Assembly (NCBI GenBank): GCA_043810925.1 | Contig: JBDRNT010000094.1 | Span: forward strand, 4,805 to 68,804 | Origin: Candidatus Eiseniibacteriota bacterium | GTDB lineage: Bacteria > Arandabacterota > Arandabacteria > Arandabacterales > Arandabacteraceae | DNA length: 64,000 bases | Direction: 5' to 3' | Shown here: positions 56,641 through 64,000 of the stretch, piece by piece | Layout: every line of letters begins with the position of its first letter | How positions within the stretch are numbered: the first letter of the stretch is position 1 | The notes under the pieces: model-generated | What the model saw: the letters and a program-made list of their open reading frames with translations, nothing else | Database searches by the model: none | What the model was told of the DNA's origin: nothing | Program-made: the position numbers and the translations under genes

Positions 56641-58659
56641 TTACTTCAGGTATTTGTCGAACCAGCGCAGCATGTGCTTGAGACGCTCGATGCGGCGGTC
56701 GGTCCGGCCTGTTCGGGAAAGGCCATGCGGCTCATCCGGAAAACGCACCATGTCGGTATCGACACCGAGCCTCTTGAGCGCTACGAATACCTGCTCGCCC
56801 TGTTCGATCGGGCAACGGAGATCCTGCTCGCTGTGAATTACGAGCGTCGGCGTTTTCACACTCCCGAAGTACTTCATCGGTGATTGCTTCCAGTAGTCTG
56901 CGAAGTTCTCCCACGGGGCCTTTCCCCGAAACCTGTACTCCAACGCCCAGTTATAGTCTCCCGAACCGTACTTGCTGGTCATGTTGCTTATGGAGCGTTG
57001 CGTGACGGCGGCACTGAACCGGTGGCTATGTCCGATGATCCAGTTGGTCATGAAGCCACCGTAGCTCCCACCGGTCACACCCATGCGCTTGCGGTCTATG
57101 TAAGGCTTCCGGGCAACGTAATCCGTCCAGGCCATGAGATCTCGATAATCGGCCGTGCCCCACTTCCCCCAGATCGCCTTGCAGTGCTTCTCCCCGTAGC
57201 CCTGGCCGCCGCGCGGGTTTGAAAAGTAAACGACGTAGCCACCGGCAGCAAGGCAATGGAACTCGTGCATGAAGAGATTCCCGTATTGGACCTGGGGGCC
57301 ACCGTGAATTTCAAGGATGGACGGGTACCTGGTCTTCGGATTGAAACCGGGAGGTTTCAAGATCCATCCGTGGATGTCATACCCATCAGGCCCTTTGATC
57401 CGGACCTCCTCGGTTGTGCCAAGATCACAGCCCTTAAAGACAGACCGGTTGATCTCCGTGAGCCGCCGGGTCCCGCCCGAGCGCAGGTCTTGCACATAGA
57501 GATCGACGGGACTTTGCATATCGCCGAAGAGATAAGCGAGTCTCGTACGTGAGCCGTCCATGCCGAATTGGAGCACGGCACCTTTCTCATCAACGACGTG
57601 CTCGAGCTCCCGGGCATTGCCACAGACCTCAACCGACTGAAGGATGCCGCGTCCGTGGCGTCCGGCGGTGAAGTAGATCCTGTCGCCGTTCTCGGCCCAG
57701 ACCGGGGGCCCGGGGGGCGGTTCGACCGTTAGATCGTTTATCGTAGACCTCATGGCATCGACATCGAAGTGCCCGGTAAGGTTCCTGGCCTCGCGCTTGC
57801 CGTTTGCGGGAACGACCCAGACCGACGTGTTTCGCCACCACTCACCCTTGCCCACGGCGCCGTAATAGGCAATCAGTCTGCCATCGGGGGAGAAACCGGG
57901 TGCGGACTTGTCTCCGTAGGGCGTTTTGATCTTGCGGGCCCGGCCGCCATTTGCCGGGATAGTGAACAGATCCACGTTATCAAACTCGAAATCCGGATCC
58001 TTGCTGCGGTTTGAAGCAAAGACGATCAGGCGGCTGTCGGGGGACCATGAGGGGGAAAGCTCGTCATACCTGTCACCCTCGGTGAGCTGAGTTGCCTTGC
58101 CGGTGCGCGCATCGACCGTCCAGATGTGCCAGCGTTGCTTCGGAACAAAGCCGGCTCCGTCAAACTTGAAGAACACCCGGTCTATTTGTCTTGAAACGAC
58201 GCCGAGTTCCTTCTTCCTCTCGTCCTTTTCCCGCTGAACAGTCTCTTTGTCAGGCTCTCTGAAGCTCAAGACCAACCGCCGTCCGTCGGGGGCCCATACG
58301 AGACTGCCGAACCGGCCCTTGAGGTTAGTAAGCTTGTGCGCTTCACCTCCATCGAACGGGATGAGATAGACTTGAGGCTGCTCAGCGTCCTTTCGGTTGG
58401 AGACGAAGGCGATGGAGCGTCCATCAGGTGACCAGCGCGGCCGGCTGTCAGTCCAGTCGCCGTATGTAAACCGGCGCGGTCTGCCGCCGCCTGTCGATAC
58501 GATCCATAGATTGGAGTATTTCTTCTCAGTTTTTCTGTCCACTCGCTCGACCGAATAGACCACCCACTTGCCGTCAGATGAGATGTGGCTGTCGGTTATC
58601 AGCTGAAACCTGTAGAGATCCTCAGCCTTGATACGCCGTGCCTTCTTCTGTTGTCTCAC
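56641..58659 (-). CDS. S9-family serine peptidase (prolyl oligopeptidase / acylaminoacyl peptidase-like) with an N-terminal beta-propeller.
   Basis: WSPDG propeller repeats. The GGSYGGFM nucleophile elbow and a C-terminal Asp/His. Confidence 0.85.
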   Translation of the reverse strand: MRQQKKARRIKAEDLYRFQLITDSHISSDGKWVVYSVERVDRKTEKKYSNLWIVSTGGGRPRRFTYGDWTDSRPRWSPDGRSIAFVSNRKDAEQPQVYLIPFDGGEAHKLTNLKGRFGSLVWAPDGRRLVLSFREPDKETVQREKDERKKELGVVSRQIDRVFFKFDGAGFVPKQRWHIWTVDARTGKATQLTEGDRYDELSPSWSPDSRLIVFASNRSKDPDFEFDNVDLFTIPANGGRARKIKTPYGDKSAPGFSPDGRLIAYYGAVGKGEWWRNTSVWVVPANGKREARNLTGHFDVDAMRSTINDLTVEPPPGPPVWAENGDRIYFTAGRHGRGILQSVEVCGNARELEHVVDEKGAVLQFGMDGSRTRLAYLFGDMQSPVDLYVQDLRSGGTRRLTEINRSVFKGCDLGTTEEVRIKGPDGYDIHGWILKPPGFNPKTRYPSILEIHGGPQVQYGNLFMHEFHCLAAGGYVVYFSNPRGGQGYGEKHCKAIWGKWGTADYRDLMAWTDYVARKPYIDRKRMGVTGGSYGGFMTNWIIGHSHRFSAAVTQRSISNMTSKYGSGDYNWALEYRFRGKAPWENFADYWKQSPMKYFGSVKTPTLVIHSEQDLRCPIEQGEQVFVALKRLGVDTDMVRFPDEPHGLSRTGRTDRRIERLKHMLRWFDKYLK

Positions 58660-60092
58660 CGCTGTCCTTCCTGATCGGGTGTCGAGTCATCAGCGCGCTC
58701 ACTGAAATAGCGCGCAGCAATCTCGTCCAGTCTTGACTTCATCTCGATCTCAGTGTACCACTTGCCGCGGACCATGACGCCGACGCGCTTGCCGACGTTC
58801 TTCACGTCATCAAGTGGGTTGGCTTCTGTGAGAATCAGATCCGCTCGACTGCCGACGGTGACGGTTCCAAACTCATCCAGCGCGTCGAAGAACTCCGCGG
58901 CGTCATGCGTGCCCGCCTTGATCGCTTCGTATGGCGTCAAACCGGCGTCTACGAAGTTCTGCAGTTCTTCGTGAATCGAAAATCCCGGGACGACCAGCGG
59001 GTTACCGCAATCGGTCCCGAGCAGAACTCGAACACCACCCTCATGCAACGATCCGGTCAGTTCCTTGCGAATCGGATTGCCCAGCGCGACGGCATCGAAC
59101 ATCTCAGAAGTGAACGTCTTAGTGTAATTGTTTTCAGGTTGGTGGAATTCAAGCTCGGACGGTGACAGGTATCTGAATTCCTCGCGCTTCAGCAGCGCAT
59201 GCGCTTCATCCGGGGGCAGCCATTTCTCATAGACAATCAGCGTCGGGCAGTTCCAGGCATCTGCCTCGTACGTCCGGCGCACAATATCGGGAATCTTCGT
59301 CCTATCGAGGTCGGTCCAGGTCAGGACCAAAGACGCGAGACCGCTTTGCCGGACAGATGTGCAGTCGTCGGATGCCAGGGCGGTCTCGTAGCCGTCGAGG
59401 TGTTCGATGCACCGCTGACGAGCCGCCAGTACCCGGTCAAGCCCGACGGCGGTCGGAACATGACCGGCGACCGTCATGCCTTCCTCTCCGGCGGCCGCGA
59501 TCAATGCATCGTAAACCTCAATCGACAGGTTGTTATAAACCTTGAGGAAGTCGTAGCCGGCCTCCTTCTGATCGGAGACGACCAGCCGCGCCTGCTCGGG
59601 GGACGTGACGACCTCACTCTCCGGGAAGACCGGTGGGTCACCATCGATGATTGCTCCTGCTGTGTAGATTGTCGGACCCAGCAATTCGCCATCGCTTACA
59701 CGTTTCCGCCACTCGAGATGCTCGGGCAGACCCCACATGTTGCGGACGGTTGTCACGCCGTTGGCAACAAACAGCAACAGATGGTCCACCTCGATGACAT
59801 GGGCATGCATGTCCGCAAGACCAGGCATGAGATACTTGTTTCTGCCATCGATTAGAGCCGCTCGGTCAGGGACCTTTACGGTTTGTGAGGGTCCGATCTC
59901 ATGTATACGGCCATCCTGAATGATGATCGTCTGATTCGGGATTATCCTTTCAGAACTCATCGGAACGAGGTTCACATTGATGAACGCAGAGGACCCATTC
60001 GTGCTCTCCTCACTGCGTGCTGCGGGGCAAGCAACCGATAGCAGACATGCAATGAGACTTACCGTGAATGCTCTGTGCTTCAAGATCATCAT
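58656..60092 (-). CDS. Secreted amidohydrolase-family metal-dependent hydrolase.
   Basis: Signal peptide. The MHAHV and metal-binding H..H, K and HD...D motifs of the amidohydrolase fold. Confidence 0.8.
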   Translation of the reverse strand: MMILKHRAFTVSLIACLLSVACPAARSEESTNGSSAFINVNLVPMSSERIIPNQTIIIQDGRIHEIGPSQTVKVPDRAALIDGRNKYLMPGLADMHAHVIEVDHLLLFVANGVTTVRNMWGLPEHLEWRKRVSDGELLGPTIYTAGAIIDGDPPVFPESEVVTSPEQARLVVSDQKEAGYDFLKVYNNLSIEVYDALIAAAGEEGMTVAGHVPTAVGLDRVLAARQRCIEHLDGYETALASDDCTSVRQSGLASLVLTWTDLDRTKIPDIVRRTYEADAWNCPTLIVYEKWLPPDEAHALLKREEFRYLSPSELEFHQPENNYTKTFTSEMFDAVALGNPIRKELTGSLHEGGVRVLLGTDCGNPLVVPGFSIHEELQNFVDAGLTPYEAIKAGTHDAAEFFDALDEFGTVTVGSRADLILTEANPLDDVKNVGKRVGVMVRGKWYTEIEMKSRLDEIAARYFSERADDSTPDQEGQR

Positions 60093-60208
60093 TGGTTTAC
60101 GTCCAATTCAAACCAATCGCTGTCTCCACCTTCCCGTCACGCCAGATGAGACTACCCGTCGAGTTGAAGAAAGCCATGATTCACACAACGTAACGACCAA
60201 ATCACAGT

Positions 60209-60296
60209 GCCGCGATCGAACTGGAGATTCGCACACTCCTATCAGTTACCGCGCCGCGATCGAACTGGAGATTCGCATACTCCTATCAGTTACCGC
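60209..60296. repeat. Tandem direct repeat of 2 x 44 bp.
   Basis: GCCGCGATCGAACTGGAGATTCGCA(C/T)ACTCCTATCAGTTACCGC appears twice in tandem with one mismatch. It lies in a 530-bp divergent intergenic region. Confidence 0.85.
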
Positions 60297-60622
60297 AGAA
60301 TCAGTGGGTTGTCAACATCATTGCCTGCTTGAGAGGATCATGCTCGTCCATCTTGATTCCGCACTCGCCCGGCGGAATCCCGCCACACCGGCCGGATCTG
60401 CGCCATGAGATCCCGACTTGAGCGGAAACCTCAGAAGAACCGCCAACGCTGGAAGGAGGTTGACAATACTTTGAGACTTAGGTAGGTAAGGAGTACGAAA
60501 CGCTGAGTACCATACTGCTCTGGGTCTGTGCATGACGCCGCTATACGGATCAGCATGCGGAGCAGTCGGATAACTCGTGCCCTTGCGACGGCCACGAGAG
60601 TTGCAGAAAGCGAGGACCGACG

Positions 60623-61717
60623 ATGCGCCCTCCTGCCGGCGCAGCACTCTTTTGTCTGCTGCTGATCTGCTCGCAGATCGGCCCATCTCGCGCCTGTACT
60701 TCCTTCTGTCTTGACACGCCCGACGGTCCTGTCTTCGCGGCCAACCTCGATCTGTTCCTTGGCGAGGGACTCGTGTTTGTGAACCGGCGCGGGATCGCGA
60801 AGGAGAACATTAGACAGAGCACGACCGGGGAAACTGCGAAGTGGGTCTCCGAGTACGGCAGCGTGACGTTCAACCTGGCCGGACGCGGTTTCGCATGGGG
60901 CGGAATGAACGAGGCCGGCCTGGTCGTAAGTTCGATGGAGCTCAGGGCCTCGGAGTATCCGGAGCCGGACGAACGGGCGCCTTTCGACAGCGGCTCCTGG
61001 ATCCAGTACGTGCTGGACACCTGCGGCAGTGTCCGGGAAGCCATCCAGATAGACTCGATCGTACGACTGCACGACGATGAACATTCCCCCACTCCTTTCC
61101 TGGTCGCGGACGCGGACGGGGACTGCGCCGCGTTCGAGTACCTGGACGGCCGATTCGTGTGCTATACGGACGAGAGCCTGCCGGTCAAGGCACTGGCCAA
61201 CGCTCCGTACGCGGCCGGAATCGCGTTCATGGAACAGGGTGTCATCCCGGCGGAGAACCCGGGCCGATCGGTCGAGCGTGTGGCGGCCGCCGCGAACAAG
61301 ATCGAAAGTTTTCGCCCGGACCGCGGCGTCTCCCCGGTCGACTACTCGCTCGGGGTCCTGACCGAAACGGTGGTCGCGCCCAAGTCGTTCTGGAGCGACT
61401 GGTTCGACGAGCCCTACACGAGATGGAACGTCGTGTTCGACATCGGACGGCGGGAGGCCCACTTCCGAACCGTGGCAAGCCCGACCGTCAGGCGCCTCTC
61501 GCTCCGGAGCTTCGACCTCTCCTGCGAGGCTCCATTGCTGATGATGGACGTGAACGCCGAGCTTGAGGGTGATGTTCAACGGTCCTTCACGCCCTACGAT
61601 CACGATGTCAACCTGGAGGTTTTCCGTACGTTCTGCGATAAGTGGGGGATCGAGGTCTCGGCGGAAGGCGCCATAGAGCTGATGCGGTTCTTCGAGAGCT
61701 TCAGGTGCGCCCGTTGA
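60623..61717 (+). CDS. Choloylglycine hydrolase / linear amide C-N hydrolase family (Ntn hydrolase), secreted.
   Basis: The signal peptide ends ...SRA|CTSFCL. The Cys immediately after the cleavage site and the CTxF motif are typical of Ntn-Cys hydrolases. Confidence 0.65.
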   Translation: MRPPAGAALFCLLLICSQIGPSRACTSFCLDTPDGPVFAANLDLFLGEGLVFVNRRGIAKENIRQSTTGETAKWVSEYGSVTFNLAGRGFAWGGMNEAGLVVSSMELRASEYPEPDERAPFDSGSWIQYVLDTCGSVREAIQIDSIVRLHDDEHSPTPFLVADADGDCAAFEYLDGRFVCYTDESLPVKALANAPYAAGIAFMEQGVIPAENPGRSVERVAAAANKIESFRPDRGVSPVDYSLGVLTETVVAPKSFWSDWFDEPYTRWNVVFDIGRREAHFRTVASPTVRRLSLRSFDLSCEAPLLMMDVNAELEGDVQRSFTPYDHDVNLEVFRTFCDKWGIEVSAEGAIELMRFFESFRCAR

Positions 61718-61927
61718 GGAGCCGCGTGAGGTGTCCAGCAAGAGATTGCATCAAGGCAGAGCGGTCTGTGCAGGTGAAGCCGGCTTTCGAGGGCCGACGC
61801 TCGGGAGGCAGCAGATACGCGACACGAATGAGACACTGGAACCATTGAAGGCGCTTTACATGATTGGAAACGTCCAATCATGAAGATGATTCGCGGCCGT
61901 TAAACAGAGTGAAACTGGAGTCGAATA

Positions 61928-62299
61928 ATGACTTTCTGCACATCGATTCATTGTATGGATGGGAGGATACAGGAACCCATCATTGAGTATCTGAAAGAGA
62001 AATACGGCGTCGCTTATGTTGATACAATAACCGAACCAGGGCCTTGCAGGATACTCGCCGAGAATAGTGACCGGATATCCGTTGGTTCCATTGTAAAGAG
62101 GATCGAGATATCAATAAACAGACACGGATCCAGACTCATTGTTATTTCCGGACATCATGACTGCACAGGAAATCCTTGCGAAGAAGAGATACAGCGAAGA
62201 CAAGTCAGGGAATCCGTAAAATACCTCAGGAGCAATTATCCTGAAGCAGAGACAATCGGACTGTGGATTGACAGTGAATGGAGCATAAACGATGTCTAA
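61928..62299 (+). CDS. Small 123-aa protein with beta-carbonic-anhydrase-like zinc motifs.
   Basis: CMDGR matches CxDxR and HHDC matches HxxC, with spacing similar to the beta-CA zinc ligands. Confidence 0.35.
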   Translation: MTFCTSIHCMDGRIQEPIIEYLKEKYGVAYVDTITEPGPCRILAENSDRISVGSIVKRIEISINRHGSRLIVISGHHDCTGNPCEEEIQRRQVRESVKYLRSNYPEAETIGLWIDSEWSINDV

Positions 62300-62515
62300 C
62301 GGGTGCGTGCCCCTGACCTGGTCGGATACGAGTGGACGGTAACCTGCCTGGAGAATCGTGGGTCTACAGCAAAGACGTGACCCCAGCGGAAAAACAGTTG
62401 AGCACTCGGATGTCCTGCAGACAATCCCGGAGCGTTCAGCGAACAGTAAGACGATGTTTTGGGTAGGCGTTGTGCGCAGAATGGATCATATCTCGAATCG
62501 TGACGGGGAGGTCCG

Positions 62516-63301
62516 GTGATCGAGGCCAACTCTCCTGTGGGTATTGTTCTCCAGTGCGCCGCACTTGTTCTCCTCGGAGTGCTGGTTGCCCGGCTTGTTC
62601 GAGTTCTTCGTTTCCGACACCGGGTGCACACCGTTTCTGACCCGCGTGCAAGCGCCGTTTGGGCTCTCTTTGCGATTTGTATTGGGTGGATCCTCGTAAC
62701 CGCACTTCTCTTTGGCCGCGCCGGTAGTGACCCAATCGGGTCTCAGAGTCCTCACGAGGTGCCGGCTGTGGGCCCGGGAGATGTGGTAGGCCAGGTGTTC
62801 GTGGCACTCATCGTAGTCGGGCCCATCCTCATTATCATGCGCCGTCGAAAAGAGTCTCCGGCATCCGCCGGAGTGTCTGCCCACAATCTCGGACGCTCGT
62901 CGGTGGTAAGCGCTTGTCTGGTTTCAGCGGCTGTTGCCTGGTGTTTCTTCGTGGCGCGGCGATGTGAAACAAACACCTTTTCGCACACCGCCGGATTCTG
63001 GGCGCTACTGCAATTTGCCGTTGTCGGCTTTGCTGAGGAGTTTGCATATCGGGGGTATCTTCAGACGCGTCTCGTCGGCTGGCTCGGTACGTATCAGGGT
63101 TGGGTTCTTGCATCAGTTCTCATGGCAATGGCGCATGTCGCCCATCGGATGCTTGCTACGCAGATGACTGCCGGGGAAGCTGTGTTCAGTTCTGCCTCGA
63201 TCGTTCCCATCAGTCTGTTTCTAGGTTATGTGATGCTGCGCACTCGGAGTATCATTGCTCCTGCTCTCTTGCACACGTTCATCAACTGGTTGGGCGTGTG
63301 A
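62516..63301 (+). CDS. CPBP-family intramembrane metalloprotease (CAAX protease/Abi-like).
   Basis: GTG start. EEFAYRGYLQ (motif 1 EExxxR), FxxxH and HTFINW motifs. 6-7 TM helices. Confidence 0.75.
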   Translation: MIEANSPVGIVLQCAALVLLGVLVARLVRVLRFRHRVHTVSDPRASAVWALFAICIGWILVTALLFGRAGSDPIGSQSPHEVPAVGPGDVVGQVFVALIVVGPILIIMRRRKESPASAGVSAHNLGRSSVVSACLVSAAVAWCFFVARRCETNTFSHTAGFWALLQFAVVGFAEEFAYRGYLQTRLVGWLGTYQGWVLASVLMAMAHVAHRMLATQMTAGEAVFSSASIVPISLFLGYVMLRTRSIIAPALLHTFINWLGV

Positions 63302-63439
63302 AGACTGCCGGTAGATAACGCCTCCTGAGCCGGTCGAGATCCCTTCGGCAATGTCCGACCGCCGATCGCATCCGCTGATTTGCAGCTTCGGCCCTGCCGG
63401 CCCGGTGATTAACCCAGGGGGTCTGTCTGAATCCCCGGC

Positions 63440-64000
63440 TTATTCCTTACTTGCGGGGTATCCCCGGTGTCTCCATTCATTGAAGCCCTCGTCGAGAATC
63501 GCGGTCTTCTCGAAGCCGGCTTCGCGTAATCCATCAAGGGCCTTTCCGGACATGGCGTGGGGACAGACACAATAGGTGATAATCCATGCGTCCCTCGGCA
63601 GGTAGTCGACAGCCTTTTCAACTTCGTAGAAGGGAACCGACACAGCCCCATCAATATGACCCTTGAGGTAATCGTTGTAAGGACGGGCGTCGAGTATTAC
63701 GAAAGACTTCTTCTCCTTATAGACCTTGTGAACGACGTCAGCAGGCACGTAGCGGTCCTCAAATGGCGAGAATTCGGCCAGAGGGTTCCCGGGATTCAAG
63801 AGTGCCCTCTTCAGTCTGGCCGGAGTAAAGTCGACACTACTGTCGGGGACTGCTGGAGTCTGCTCCGGGGTTGATTCCAACGTCCTGATGAAGGCCACTA
63901 CATCATTCATCTCCTGCGAAGACAGACGCGACTTGAACTCCGACATCGATGTCCCGCGACGACCGTTCATTATCGCGTAGGCTATGAAGCCGTCGCTTGC
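63440..64000 (-). CDS. Rhodanese-domain sulfurtransferase with an N-terminal cytochrome-c-like segment. 5' end lies beyond the window edge.
   Basis: The frame stays open to base 64000. Rhodanese motifs ILDARPYNDYLKGHIDGAVSVP and the CVCPHAMSG active-site loop. The N-terminal tail ...MNDVVAFIRTLE resembles the C-terminal helix of cytochrome c. Confidence 0.65.
   Translation of the reverse strand, partial: ASDGFIAYAIMNGRRGTSMSEFKSRLSSQEMNDVVAFIRTLESTPEQTPAVPDSSVDFTPARLKRALLNPGNPLAEFSPFEDRYVPADVVHKVYKEKKSFVILDARPYNDYLKGHIDGAVSVPFYEVEKAVDYLPRDAWIITYCVCPHAMSGKALDGLREAGFEKTAILDEGFNEWRHRGYPASKE

Noticed and set aside
60209-60296. Possible CRISPR array suggested by the exact 44-bp repeats.
   Set aside because: There are only two units, directly abutting with no spacer, and no cas genes nearby. 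It is a tandem duplication, not a CRISPR.

Overview
This is a GC-rich, gene-dense bacterial chromosomal window. Almost all of it is coding, and many genes overlap by 1-13 nt. Two secreted proteins carry C-terminal type IX secretion (T9SS) sorting domains. There are also TPR lipoproteins, a phosphoheptose isomerase and a glycosyltransferase cluster, so the organism is likely Gram-negative and T9SS-bearing (FCB-superphylum-like). An anaerobic lifestyle is suggested by a tungsten-type aldehyde:ferredoxin oxidoreductase, a four-subunit 2-oxoacid:ferredoxin oxidoreductase and an acyl-CoA dehydrogenase.

Content by region:
- 1-2110: a 5'-truncated Ser/Thr kinase fused to a TolB-like beta-propeller.
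- 2820-5850: an acyl-CoA dehydrogenase and a sodium:solute symporter with a tiny upstream membrane ORF.
- 5960-10877: a near-consensus promoter drives a polyferredoxin, aldehyde:ferredoxin oxidoreductase, B12-binding radical SAM protein, DUF4416 protein and EamA transporter.
- 10885-10993: a roughly 43-bp perfect palindrome built from a dispersed GGGGTCAGAGCT repeat.
- 11082-17946: a T9SS cargo protein, then an NAD salvage operon (pncA, pncB, a GalT-like transferase), pcm, an unusual eRF1/Pelota-like protein, and an ABC ATPase with no permease.
- 18068-21288: lysC on the minus strand and two TPR lipoproteins.
- 21492-21803: tRNA-Ser(TGA), tRNA-Ser(GCT) and tRNA-Arg(ACG).
- 21837-29941: a beta-helix protein, a GT-C/TPR glycosyltransferase and a 1706-aa M6 metalloprotease that is a T9SS cargo.
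- 29995-31329: tadA, tRNA-Ser(CGA), tRNA-Ser(GGA), a small TTG-start ORF and tRNA-Ala(CGC).
- 31554-32887: an M48 peptidase and a large Bacillus-type SRP RNA.
- 32915-51252: a 17-gene co-directional, translationally coupled array: dnaX, ybaB, recR, porGDAB, pgpA, cinA, thpR, recA, recX, alaS, a ferredoxin, geranylgeranyl reductase, GGGP synthase, rmlA, rmlD, gmhA and a flippase.
- 51180-60092 (minus strand): a glycosyltransferase / FkbM methyltransferase / DDAH cluster, an S9 peptidase and an amidohydrolase.
- 60209-61717: a 2x44-bp tandem repeat and an Ntn hydrolase.
- 61928-64000: a beta-carbonic-anhydrase-like mini protein, a CPBP protease and a 5'-truncated cytochrome-c/rhodanese protein.

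The candidates I rate most notable are the archaeal-type ether-lipid cassette (ferredoxin, GGR, GGGPS), the eRF1-like factor with a GGQ-to-GGM variant next to pcm, the aldehyde:ferredoxin oxidoreductase / radical SAM / DUF4416 operon, the GT-C/TPR enzyme coupled to the giant T9SS protease, and the dispersed palindromic repeat family.
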